DNA of 64,000 bases from Clostridiales bacterium (GTDB lineage Bacteria > Bacillota > Desulfotomaculia > Desulfotomaculales > VENG01): positions 80,239-144,238 of the forward strand of contig JAIPEW010000001.1 of the NCBI GenBank assembly GCA_021736985.1, in the 5' to 3' direction. The position numbers and the translations under genes were made by a program. Shown here piece after piece: positions 39,333 to 48,605 of the stretch. Under the pieces are notes generated by a model. It saw nothing but the letters and a program-made list of their open reading frames with translations, was not told the origin of the DNA and made no database searches. How positions within the stretch are numbered: the stretch's first letter is position 1; each line of letters begins with the position of its first letter.

Positions 39333-40004
39333 ATGAAAAAAGTCTCTGTTATAATTCCAGCTTATAATGAGACATGCAGGATAGCAAGTACTGTTTCAGC
39401 AGTAAAATCAATACCAGAAGTTGGAGAAGTACTGGTAGTGGATGACGGGTCCAGTGACAATACTGCTGCTGAAGCAGAAAGAGCAGGGGCCAGTGTAATA
39501 TTGATGCCTGTAAACAGTGGTAAAGGTGCTGCATTAACCAGGGGTGCTTATAGTGTAAAATTTGATACGATAGCTCTATTAGATGGTGATCTCGGGCCTT
39601 CTGCAGAAGAGGGACGTTTATTAATGCTGCCGGTACTGGAAAATAGCGTGGATATGACTATTGCCGGATTTCCATCTCCGAAAAAGGGTGGATTCGGGTT
39701 GGTAAAGGGGTTTGCTGCAGCAGTAATCAAGATATTTACCGGGCTGAAAGTAAAGTCTCCCCTGTCCGGACAAAGAGTAATGACCGGGGAAGTATTAGAA
39801 AAAGTACTCCCTTTTGCCTCGGGATACGGGGTTGAATTGGATTTAACATTAAAAGCTGGCCGTATGGGTTATAAGATTAAAGAGGTCCCCGTAAAAATGC
39901 AGCATCATGAAACCGGCAGAGATATTAAAGGGTTTATTCACAGGGGAAAACAATTTGTTCATATATTAAGGGTCCTGGCCTGCACGAGCTGGCAGAGGGC
40001 TTAG
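39333..40004 (+). CDS. family 2 glycosyltransferase
   Basis: 223 aa; VSVIIPAYNE, VVDDGSSDNT, LDGDL (DxD) motifs. Confidence 0.75.
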   Translation: MKKVSVIIPAYNETCRIASTVSAVKSIPEVGEVLVVDDGSSDNTAAEAERAGASVILMPVNSGKGAALTRGAYSVKFDTIALLDGDLGPSAEEGRLLMLPVLENSVDMTIAGFPSPKKGGFGLVKGFAAAVIKIFTGLKVKSPLSGQRVMTGEVLEKVLPFASGYGVELDLTLKAGRMGYKIKEVPVKMQHHETGRDIKGFIHRGKQFVHILRVLACTSWQRA

Positions 40005-40020
40005 AGGGTAGTGAGGGCCG

Positions 40021-40866
40021 GTGTGGTATAATAATGATTATACATTAACAATATGCGGAAGCCTGCTGCTTGTTTTCTCTATTACAGTTGTTATTAGGAA
40101 AAGCATTTTAAACATGATATATGAATCAGGGTTTGTAAGGAAAAATTTTCAAAACAAAGAAATACCGCTCGCTGCTGGTATTATTTTTCCTATCGCTCTT
40201 TTTGCGGCTTATTTATTATTGTTAAAGATACTACCTTCTTTGCAGCAGTCTAAATCATACATTTTTCTCCTGTTAATTATTTTATCTTCTTTTTTGGGGT
40301 TGATCGATGATTTTTTAGGCTGCAGGGAGACGTCTGGATTAAAAGGTCACCTGGGAGAATTATTTAAAGGGCGCATGACTACCGGGGGATTTAAGGCAGT
40401 CTTTGGTATGCTGCTTGCTGTATTTGTAGTGGTTTTAACGGGCCCAATTGCTGCAGTGCCTGTTAATGCTCTTTTGATTGCCCTTTTTACTAACGCGGAA
40501 AATCTGCTGGACCTGCGTCCAGGCCGGGCCGGTAAAGTTTTCATTCTCATTGCTTTACTTATTGGCATTGTCGGGTGGGGTAGTTTCGAGTTAATACTGT
40601 TGAGCATGCTGCTGGGCAGTTTCCTGGCATATTTTCCCCTGGACTTGAAGGCAAAAGCCATGATGGGGGATACCGGTTCTAATGCGCTGGGGGCGGCACT
40701 GGGAGTTTCCTGTGTATGGATACTTTCTCCCCCGGCAAGGATCGTAATTCTACTATTATTAATTTCTTTTCATTTATTTACAGAGAGATATTCTTTAACC
40801 TGTTTTATTTCTAAAAACCGCTTTTTAAGTTACCTGGATTCACTGGGTAGAGAAAAAATGAAATAA
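40021..40866 (+). CDS. MraY/WecA-family (GT4) polyprenyl-phosphate sugar-phosphate transferase
   Basis: 281-aa polytopic protein; LIDDFLG, NAENLLDLRPG and MMGDTGSNALG motifs. Confidence 0.7.
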   Translation: MWYNNDYTLTICGSLLLVFSITVVIRKSILNMIYESGFVRKNFQNKEIPLAAGIIFPIALFAAYLLLLKILPSLQQSKSYIFLLLIILSSFLGLIDDFLGCRETSGLKGHLGELFKGRMTTGGFKAVFGMLLAVFVVVLTGPIAAVPVNALLIALFTNAENLLDLRPGRAGKVFILIALLIGIVGWGSFELILLSMLLGSFLAYFPLDLKAKAMMGDTGSNALGAALGVSCVWILSPPARIVILLLLISFHLFTERYSLTCFISKNRFLSYLDSLGREKMK

Positions 40867-40961
40867 TTTTTATTTTAAGACTAAAACAGGTTTTTATCAT
40901 AAAGTTGTAGAATCTTATATTTTATACTAAATATCTATCTTTTTAAGGCGGTAAGTTACAT

Positions 40962-41642
40962 ATGACAGAATTTGCACCGCGTATAAATATTTTTTGCGGT
41001 AATCTTGGAAGTGGAAAAACTGAAATAGCGATAAATTATGCTGTTTCCTTGTATGAAAAAGGTAAACAGGTAGGATTAGTAGATATAGATGTTGTAAACC
41101 CTTACTTTAGGTCAAGAATAGTTAGAGACAATATGAAGCAAAGGGGTATCGATGTAATTTGCCCTGCAGGTGAATTGGCTGCTGCAGATGTGCCTGCGCT
41201 CCCACCTTCTATTTTTAAAGTACTGCAAAACCCCGAAATTACCGGGGTTTTTGATGTGGGCGGGGATGATATAGGTGCTGTTGTCCTGGGAAGGTTTAAA
41301 CCTTATTTCCAGGAAGGATTGTATAACTTATATTTTGTAGTTAATACAAGCCGCCCTTTTACCGGAGATGTAAACGGTATAATTAATTACTTGAAATCAA
41401 TAGAGGAAGCTTCACGGTTAAAGGTTACGGCGTTTGTAAATAATTCAAACCTTGGTTTCCAGACTGATATAGATACTGTATTAGAAGGTCAGGAAAAGCT
41501 TAAAGAAGCAGCTGCTAAAACAGGTATTCCACTTGCTTTTACCGCATCATTAAAACACCTGGTTCCCAGTTTAGAAAGTAAATTGGATGTGCCGGTATTT
41601 CCGCTGGAGATTTACATGGTCCCGCCGTGGCAGGTAGTTTGA
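40962..41642 (+). CDS. P-loop NTPase of unknown function (MinD/ParA-like)
   Basis: 226 aa; Walker A GNLGSGKTE near the N-terminus, DVGGDD. Confidence 0.5.
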   Translation: MTEFAPRINIFCGNLGSGKTEIAINYAVSLYEKGKQVGLVDIDVVNPYFRSRIVRDNMKQRGIDVICPAGELAAADVPALPPSIFKVLQNPEITGVFDVGGDDIGAVVLGRFKPYFQEGLYNLYFVVNTSRPFTGDVNGIINYLKSIEEASRLKVTAFVNNSNLGFQTDIDTVLEGQEKLKEAAAKTGIPLAFTASLKHLVPSLESKLDVPVFPLEIYMVPPWQVV

Positions 41643-41646
41643 AGTA

Positions 41647-41690
41647 AAGGCCTATTGAGCGCGGACGATTTTGTGTGCCGGAGTAGGGAG
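41647..41690 (+). repeat. family B repeat, short copy B1
   Basis: AAGGCCTATTGAGCGCGGACGATTTTGTGTGCCGGAGTAGGGAG matches the two ends of 55402-55527 with the middle deleted. Confidence 0.8.
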
Positions 41691-41759
41691 TACAACTGGT
41701 TTGGCAGCCAATAGAGCAGATGTTCGTAGGTATGATCTTAAACGCAGAGCAATATGAAA

Positions 41760-41979
41760 GGGCGGGGGATTTCCGGAAGGTTAGCGGAGTCTGGGTGCGT
41801 TGGATAGCCTGTCATTTGCGAAGTGTGATGTGGAAGGTGGGAAGTGTGACAATTTGAGGAAGTCTGCTGCGTAGACTTTTTCTTTTTCCCACCTCTAATT
41901 TCCCACTTCTCCCCTCTGCCCTTTGCCCCGGCCCTCCGCCTAGCTCTGTCAAAAGAGTTGTCATTTTTCGTTGTGAGCC
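41760..41979 (+). repeat. family A full-length copy A4
   Basis: GGGCGGGGGATTTCCGGAAGGTTAGCGGAGTCTGGGTGCGTTGGATAGCCTGTCATTTGCGAAGTGTGATGTGG... is colinear with 14048-14246 and ends in R module CTCTGTCAAAAGAGTTGTCATTTTTCGTTGTGAGC; 56 nt upstream of korD. Confidence 0.9.
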
Positions 41980-42034
41980 AGGTGAGTGGGCGTTTAATTT
42001 AAAATAAGCTAGCTGGAATAGGAGGGAGAATAGC

Positions 42035-42256
42035 TTGGCACGAGTGACATTTAGAGAGGAACGCTGTAAAGGATGCGAGTTGTGTACTTTAGTTTGTCCG
42101 AAAGGATTAATTACGATGTCCGAGCATATTAATTCCATGGGTTTTCACCCGGCGACAATCACGGATATGGATAAATGCAACGGGTGTGCTTTATGTGCAC
42201 GCATGTGCCCTGATCTTGTAATCGAGGTAGAAAGGGATGAGAAAAAAGTTGTCTAA
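42035..42256 (+). CDS. korD: 2-oxoacid:ferredoxin oxidoreductase delta subunit (2x[4Fe-4S] ferredoxin)
   Basis: 73 aa; CKGCELCTLVCP and CNGCALCARMCP motifs; TTG start after AGGAGGGA. Confidence 0.8.
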   Translation: MARVTFREERCKGCELCTLVCPKGLITMSEHINSMGFHPATITDMDKCNGCALCARMCPDLVIEVERDEKKVV

Positions 42257-43313
42257 AGTTCTAATGAAAGGTAACGAGGCTATCGGAGAAGGAGCAGTAC
42301 GGGCAGGGTGCCGTTACTTTTTTGGTTATCCTATAACGCCCCAGAGTGAACTTCCTCATTACCTGGCCAAAAGATTGCCTGAAGAAAACGGGGTTTACCT
42401 GCAGTCAGAAAGTGAAACCTCGGCTATTAACATGGTTTACGGTGCAGCAGGAGCAGGATCAAGGGTGATGACATCTTCATCCGGGCCCGGTATCAGCCTC
42501 ATGCAGGAAGGTATTTCTTATATTGCCGGTGCAGAGCTGCCCTGTGTTATTGTAAACATGATGCGCGGGGGCCCGGGGTTGGGTAATATAGCGCCAGCTC
42601 AATCTGATTACCTGCAGGCTGTCAAAGGCGGTGGGCACGGCGATTATTTTGTAGTTTGTATTGCCCCTGCATCAGTGCAGGAAATAATAGATTTTATGTA
42701 CGATGCCTTTGATATTGCAGACAAATACTTTACCCCGGTTATGGTTCTGGCCGACGGTATACTGGGTCAAATGATGGAACCGGTAGAATTCAAAGAAAAT
42801 CAAGAAATGGAATTACCGGAAAAACCTTGGGCTGCGAACGGTAAAAGAGGAAGGGAAAGCAAAAATATAATAAATTCTCTTTATATAGTTCCCGAGGATC
42901 TAGAAGAGCATAATTTTAAACTTAAAGATAAGTATTCTATAATTGAAGAAAAAGAACAGCGCTGGGAAGAGTATTATACTGAAGATGCAGAGCTGGTATT
43001 AACTGCTTTTGGTACTTCTGCCAGGGTGTGCAAAGCCGTGGTAGATAAAGCCAGGCAAGAAGGTCTGGCAGTAGGTCTTATAAGGCCCATAATGGTTTGG
43101 CCGTTTCCACAAAAGGCCTTTGATAAGGTTATACATAGTGCAAAGCAGTTTTTAACTGTAGAGATGAACACTGGCCAGATGGTAGAAGATGTTAAACTGG
43201 CCGTTGCCGGGCGCAGGCCGGTGTATTTTACTGGACGTCCCGGTGGTATGCTTCCAATTGCCAATGATATCTTTGAAGAAGTTAAAAAACTAATGTCCGG
43301 GGGTGCAGAGTAA
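42237..43313 (+). CDS. korA: 2-oxoacid:ferredoxin oxidoreductase alpha subunit
   Basis: 358 aa; typical KorA/VorA N-terminus [29 protein letters not shown]. Confidence 0.9.
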   Translation: MRKKLSKVLMKGNEAIGEGAVRAGCRYFFGYPITPQSELPHYLAKRLPEENGVYLQSESETSAINMVYGAAGAGSRVMTSSSGPGISLMQEGISYIAGAELPCVIVNMMRGGPGLGNIAPAQSDYLQAVKGGGHGDYFVVCIAPASVQEIIDFMYDAFDIADKYFTPVMVLADGILGQMMEPVEFKENQEMELPEKPWAANGKRGRESKNIINSLYIVPEDLEEHNFKLKDKYSIIEEKEQRWEEYYTEDAELVLTAFGTSARVCKAVVDKARQEGLAVGLIRPIMVWPFPQKAFDKVIHSAKQFLTVEMNTGQMVEDVKLAVAGRRPVYFTGRPGGMLPIANDIFEEVKKLMSGGAE

Positions 43314-44056
43314 TGAAAAAAGTATTTACCAGGCCGGAATCATTCAATGACATACCTATGCACTATTGTCCCGGATGTACGCACGGTATCATACACCGGT
43401 TGGTAGCAGAAACTATCGATGAGCTGAATATGGTGGACCGGGCTATTGGTGTTGCGCCGGTAGGGTGTTCCGTGTTTATTTATAATTATATTGATTGCGA
43501 CATGTACCAGGCTTCTCACGGCAGGGCCCCTGCGGTAGCTACAGGTGTGAAAAGGGTAGTTCCTGACGGGGTGGTCTTTACATACCAGGGAGATGGTGAC
43601 ATGGCTGCAATTGGTACAGCAGAGATTGTACATGCTGCTGCAAGAGGAGAGAATATAACCGTCATCTTTGTTAATAATGCTGTTTATGCTATGACAGGTG
43701 GTCAAATGGCGCCTACAACTCTTATGGGACAAAAAACAACTACTACTCCCCACGGCAGGGAAAGTGATGCTAACGGTTATCCGGTTAAGATGGCGGAAAT
43801 GCTGAGTACATTAGATGGTTCTTCTTATATAAGCAGGGTTTCAGTACACGATCCTAAAAATATAAATAAAGCCAAGAAATCCATTAAAAAGGCCTTTGAA
43901 GTACAAATGGAGAATAAAGGCTTTACCATGGTCGAAGTTTTGTCTATATGTCCCACTAACTGGGGATTATCTCCCAAGGAATCAGTAAAATGGCTGGATG
44001 AAAATATGATACCGTATTATCCCCTGGGAGAATACAAAGTACCTGCGGAGGTGTAA
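43313..44056 (+). CDS. korB: 2-oxoacid:ferredoxin oxidoreductase beta subunit (ThDP-binding)
   Basis: 247 aa; CPGCTHG Fe-S ligand region and GDGD...[11 protein letters not shown] ThDP motif. Confidence 0.9.
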   Translation: MKKVFTRPESFNDIPMHYCPGCTHGIIHRLVAETIDELNMVDRAIGVAPVGCSVFIYNYIDCDMYQASHGRAPAVATGVKRVVPDGVVFTYQGDGDMAAIGTAEIVHAAARGENITVIFVNNAVYAMTGGQMAPTTLMGQKTTTTPHGRESDANGYPVKMAEMLSTLDGSSYISRVSVHDPKNINKAKKSIKKAFEVQMENKGFTMVEVLSICPTNWGLSPKESVKWLDENMIPYYPLGEYKVPAEV

Positions 44057-44058
44057 GC

Positions 44059-44619
44059 ATGTTTCAAGGAATTCTAATAGCCGGGTTCGGAGGGCAGGGG
44101 GTTCTGTCAACTGGTCAGCTTCTGGCGTATGCGGGTATGCTGGAAGATAAACATGTAGCCTGGATTCCTTCCTACGGCCCGGAAATGCGTGGTGGAACGG
44201 CTAATTGTGGAGTCACTATTTCAGATATACCGATAAGTTCCCCGGTAGTTACTGAACCTACAGTGTTAATAGCTATGAACAGGCCTTCCCTGGAAAAATT
44301 TGAGCCTAAGATTGTACAAGATGGAATTGCATTGATTAACAGCTCGCTTGTTGATACTGAGGTGCAGCGGGATGATATAAAAAGCGTGTATATTAATGCC
44401 AACGAACTGGCAGAAGAAATAGGAAATAGCAAGATTGCCAATAATATTATACTGGGTGCCCTGGTAGAGATGACCGGTGTAGTATCAGGAGAATCTGTTG
44501 TAGAATCACTCAAAAAAGTACTGCCGCCCAAGCGGCATAACTTAATAGATATTAACCGGGAAGCACTTGAAAAAGGGAAAAAACTGGCTGAAGAAGCGCG
44601 GGTAAAAACTGCAATGTAA
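44059..44619 (+). CDS. korC: 2-oxoacid:ferredoxin oxidoreductase gamma subunit
   Basis: 186 aa; IAGFGGQGVLSTGQLLA and GPEMRGGTANC motifs. Confidence 0.9.
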   Translation: MFQGILIAGFGGQGVLSTGQLLAYAGMLEDKHVAWIPSYGPEMRGGTANCGVTISDIPISSPVVTEPTVLIAMNRPSLEKFEPKIVQDGIALINSSLVDTEVQRDDIKSVYINANELAEEIGNSKIANNIILGALVEMTGVVSGESVVESLKKVLPPKRHNLIDINREALEKGKKLAEEARVKTAM

Positions 44620-44681
44620 GATAATATAATATAATAGAATAGAATAATACTCGGGTACCACCAGCATAAAGTAACAGGCTG

Positions 44682-45836
44682 GTGGTTATTTCTCTGGGAG
44701 GGAAAATTATCATTAATCAAGAGAGGGTATTGGATAAATTTTTGCAGCTGGTACAGATAGACAGTACCAGTGGAAATGAAAGACAAATTGCCGATGTGCT
44801 GGCAGAAGAATTAAAACAGCTAGGATTAAGCGTATACGAAGATACTGCCGGAAAAAATGTAGGTACGAGTACGGGAAATTTAATAGCACACTTGCCCGGT
44901 AATGTTGCCGGGGCTCCGGTATTAATGTTCAGTTCGCACATGGATACAGTGGAACCGGGAGAGAATATACGCCCGCAAATAAAAGACGGAATTATATATT
45001 CAAGCGGGGATACTGTACTGGGCGGTGATGACAAGGCCGGCCTGGCTGCAATACTCGAAGCACTGTATACCATAAAAGAAAATAATCTACCCCACGGAGA
45101 TTTAAAAATAATATTTACTATCTGGGAAGAAGGCGGGCTTGTAGGTTCAACTAATATTGAGCAAGAGCATATTAAGGCCGACGCGGGGTTTGTGCTGGAT
45201 TCCAACGGTGATCCGGGAAGTATAGTGGTGCGGGGCCCCTCGCAGGATCAAATTGTCGCCACAATCAAAGGAAAAGCAGCCCATGCCGGGATAAACCCGC
45301 AAGACGGTATCAATGCCATACAAGTTGCTTCAAAAGCTGTTGCCAGTATGAAACTGGGGAAAATAGATAATGATACCACGGCAAACATAGGCGTTATTTC
45401 AGGGGGGAAAGCTACGAACATTGTCCCGGAAGAAGCAGTTGTTCACGGTGAAACCAGGAGTATGGACCGGGAAAAAAGGGCTGCCCAAACAGAATCTATC
45501 TGCTTTGCTTTTAAACAGGCGGCAAAGGATGAAGGTGCTTCCGTGGATATTCAGACCGAAACAATATATCCTGATATAGATTTGAAAGAAAATGAGCCTG
45601 TCGTAGAGCTGGCAACTTTAGCTGCACGGAATATAAGAGTTGAGCTGGATTTGACATCTACCGGCGGGGGAAGTGATGCCAACAATTTTAATTACTACGG
45701 TATTCCTACCGTTAACCTGGGAATAGGTATGAAGCAGGTGCATACTACATCAGAATATATCACGATAGAAAATTTAATTTTAAGTGCCAGGTATGTAACA
45801 GAGATTATACGTACGGGTGCTCAAAATCAGGGGTAA
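44682..45836 (+). CDS. M20/M42-family peptidase (PepT/YqjE-like tripeptidase), start uncertain
   Basis: 384 aa; FSSHMDTV, GGDDKAGLA, WEEGGLVG metal-ligand motifs; the GTG 44682 start lies inside a hairpin stem, and an alternative ATT 44712 follows GGGAGGG. Confidence 0.8.
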   Translation: MVISLGGKIIINQERVLDKFLQLVQIDSTSGNERQIADVLAEELKQLGLSVYEDTAGKNVGTSTGNLIAHLPGNVAGAPVLMFSSHMDTVEPGENIRPQIKDGIIYSSGDTVLGGDDKAGLAAILEALYTIKENNLPHGDLKIIFTIWEEGGLVGSTNIEQEHIKADAGFVLDSNGDPGSIVVRGPSQDQIVATIKGKAAHAGINPQDGINAIQVASKAVASMKLGKIDNDTTANIGVISGGKATNIVPEEAVVHGETRSMDREKRAAQTESICFAFKQAAKDEGASVDIQTETIYPDIDLKENEPVVELATLAARNIRVELDLTSTGGGSDANNFNYYGIPTVNLGIGMKQVHTTSEYITIENLILSARYVTEIIRTGAQNQG

Positions 45837-45838
45837 AT

Positions 45839-46915
45839 ATGATTCGTACCAGGACAGTAAAAGTTAATAAAATATTGGATTCCCGCCCGGGAATAACAGA
45901 ATTAGAAATTACAGTGGACGGGAAAGCTGCACGTGCTGTAAATTATGACCGGCTTACGGGCCCTGTGAAACCCGGGGATAAGGTGGTCTTGAATACGACG
46001 GCGGTTTATAAAAAACTGGGGACTGGCGGGATGCATTTTGTAATGGCTAATTATACCCGTACTGAAAAAGAAAGTACGGAAGAAGGACATATTATGAAGC
46101 TTCGTTACAGTCCTTCCCAGGTAAAGGTTCTGTCCGTGGAGGAGGAGCAAAGCCCTTATGCCGAGATAATGACAGAAGCGAACTCGCTGGACGGGGCCCC
46201 GGTAATTATCGCTGAGCTGCACAGCATGCTTGCTCCTGCTGCAGCTGCAGCGCAAATGGAATGTTCCCGGGATATAAATATAGCCTACGTTATGACTGAC
46301 GGGGCTGCTCTTCCACTTCCTTTAAGTAAGAGTGTTTGCGAGTTAAAGGAAAAAGGGCTTGTACAAACTACTATTACCTGCGGTCATGCTTTTGGAGGGG
46401 ATCTTGAAGCAGTTACTGTATATTCTGCTTTGGTGGCAGCAAAAGCAGTTGCCCGTGCTGATATTATTGTAGTTTCCATGGGGCCCGGTATAGCCGGGAC
46501 TGCCTCGCAGTACGGCTTTACAGGCGTAGAGCAGGGTGAAATAGTTAATGCTGTAAGTGTGCTCGGGGGAAACCCCGTTGCCGTGCCCAGAATTAGCTTT
46601 TCTGACTCCAGGCAGCGGCATTACGGCTTGAGCCATCACACCGGTACTGCCCTGGGTAAGGTCGCACTTGCCCCGTGCCTGGTTCCGCTTAGTAACATGA
46701 ATACGGAAAAACTTGAGCTAATAAAAAAGCAGCTCTGGGAATCAGGTATTATAAGCAAGCATAAAGTAGAGGAAATAGACTGTACGGGCAGCATTGATGC
46801 CTTAAAACAATCCGGCCTGAGCTTGAAAACGATGGGACGCGGTATTGATGATGATCCTGATTTTTTTCTAGCTGCATTTGCTGCTGGTAAAATGGCATGC
46901 GCATTATTAGATTAA
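45839..46915 (+). CDS. conserved hypothetical protein (possibly DUF3866 family)
   Basis: 358-aa ORF starting 3 nt after the peptidase stop; family assignment is from memory only. Confidence 0.45.
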   Translation: MIRTRTVKVNKILDSRPGITELEITVDGKAARAVNYDRLTGPVKPGDKVVLNTTAVYKKLGTGGMHFVMANYTRTEKESTEEGHIMKLRYSPSQVKVLSVEEEQSPYAEIMTEANSLDGAPVIIAELHSMLAPAAAAAQMECSRDINIAYVMTDGAALPLPLSKSVCELKEKGLVQTTITCGHAFGGDLEAVTVYSALVAAKAVARADIIVVSMGPGIAGTASQYGFTGVEQGEIVNAVSVLGGNPVAVPRISFSDSRQRHYGLSHHTGTALGKVALAPCLVPLSNMNTEKLELIKKQLWESGIISKHKVEEIDCTGSIDALKQSGLSLKTMGRGIDDDPDFFLAAFAAGKMACALLD

Positions 46916-47040
46916 TTCAATTTAGTATTGATTAAATCGCGAACCGTAGCGTGATAACGGGCATAATAGACTAACATATCTTTTAAGTCCCTGACCTTAC
47001 CCGTGAAATAAATGCTGTTTTTACAATACTTTACCTGCAT
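46912..47040 (-). CDS. small hypothetical protein (42 aa)
   Basis: Not in the ORF track (<60 aa); ATG 47040 lies 8 nt after AGGAG; MQVKYCKNSIYFTGKVRDLKDMLVYYARYHATVRDLINTKLN; convergent with the upstream gene, with a 4-nt overlap. Confidence 0.35.
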   Translation of the reverse strand: MQVKYCKNSIYFTGKVRDLKDMLVYYARYHATVRDLINTKLN

Positions 47041-47124
47041 TTCAGCAACTCCTAAGAAATATTTTAGGCAAATATATGCAGTTAAATTTTTAAATATACA
47101 TATGCTGAGAGGAGTAAATTACCG

Positions 47125-47790
47125 GTGAGCTTACCTGCTGTAATATCAACTTCTAATGCTAGTGGTGCCGTGGAAGGTGTAAAGTTAGGATACGTGATTA
47201 CAATTGTCGATGTTATTGACATGTCTACTACTTCGGAGGCTTTGATTGATGCAGGTGCTGCCGGTGTTTTTGGCGCGAGCCCGGACAGTGCATGCCCGCC
47301 TGTTCCTGTTAGCCCGGAAAAAATAGGTCAAGCTGCCGGTGAAAAAGCAGTGCAGTTAAAAACCGATGTGGTCCTGGTGACAGAACCAAGAACTGGTGAT
47401 GACAAAAAGCGTGAAGAAAATTCCAGAAAAGTTAAGAAAGGAATTAAAAGCACCGGGGCAAGAGTGGGTGCACTGCTTCCTAATCTCGGGGCTGAAACCC
47501 CGCTTCTTTGCAACGTTTTCGGAAGGATAGCTGTCATTACAAGCAGCACGGGTGGTGCTGCCTATGATGCTGCCTTTACAGCCGGGGCCCGGGGGATAGT
47601 AACGGGTACAGTAGCACGTACTCTTATAAAAAAAGGGAAAGCCCCTGCCGAGGCAGGGGCAAAAAGGGCACTGGAACTGGCTAAAGATTTGAATACGGGA
47701 ATTGCTGTTGTGGCAGCGAGCAGCAATTCTATGGAAGACATTCTTGCTACCCAGTATATATCAAGTATCATAACCGGGTACTTTTGCTGA
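47125..47790 (+). CDS. hypothetical protein
   Basis: 221-aa Ala/Gly-rich ORF with GTG start after GAGAGGAG; no motif recognised. Confidence 0.5.
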   Translation: MSLPAVISTSNASGAVEGVKLGYVITIVDVIDMSTTSEALIDAGAAGVFGASPDSACPPVPVSPEKIGQAAGEKAVQLKTDVVLVTEPRTGDDKKREENSRKVKKGIKSTGARVGALLPNLGAETPLLCNVFGRIAVITSSTGGAAYDAAFTAGARGIVTGTVARTLIKKGKAPAEAGAKRALELAKDLNTGIAVVAASSNSMEDILATQYISSIITGYFC

Positions 47791-47868
47791 ATAATTATTT
47801 TTAATATTATCATAAATAAGTTTTTCTCCTGCATAAAATAACTATGGACAGGTCTCCGGGGGGACATA

Positions 47869-48515
47869 TTATGCAGGAGCAAAGCATGTTAAAAAAATTT
47901 ATAAAACAATGCTGGCCGGTTATGGCACTTATTATTGCCGTTTTTGGCCTGGGAGCTTTTTTAGGCGCACTGGGAGTCGAGACCTTATCAAAAGAAAACG
48001 TAAACCAGTTAACCAGTGTTTTGGATAATTTTAATGCCAGTATATCTGATATAAGTACATATAGTACAGCCTCAATAAAAACAATTCTAATTAATAACAT
48101 AATAACGTGGTCAGTTATATACTTTCTAGGGTTAACTGTAATCGGCGTTCCCATGGTATTGATACTTGTTTTTATGCGCGGGTTCAATTTGGGTTTTACT
48201 ATTGCTTTTTTGTTAGCGCAGAAAGCAAAAACCGCTACTATCCTGGCCGTTACCTCTATTATTCCACATAATTTATTATTTTTGCCGGCAATTTTTATAT
48301 CTAGTATAGCGGCATTATCATTTTCAATCTTAATAATAAAAAGATTATTTAATAATTATATTCCTATATGGACAGGTCTTATAGGATATACGGGAATAAT
48401 GTTGGCTGCAGGGATTTTGTATTCGGCTGCGGCGCTGGTAGAAGCCTTTATTACTCCCTGGATTATCCAGTGGGCTTCGTCTGTAATTGATAAAAGTTGG
48501 TCAATACCTTTTTAA
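47869..48515 (+). CDS. spoIIM: stage II sporulation protein M
   Basis: ATG 47869 (MQEQSMLKKF) inside track ORF 47844..48515; polytopic DUF95-type membrane protein; conserved spoIIM-xerD neighbourhood. Confidence 0.7.
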
Positions 48516-48605
48516 AAAAATGCAGCAGTTGCAGGAAAAGCTTCCCTGGTGTGGAATGAAGTATAAAGAGTGCCAGTGGATATTAATTCCAGGGGAGGAA
48601 ATGAC

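Noticed and set aside
41812-42138. 108-aa minus-strand ORF spanning repeat A4 and the start of korD
   Set aside because: Most of it is encoded by the repeat core. It overlaps the well-supported ferredoxin gene on the other strand and has no RBS.
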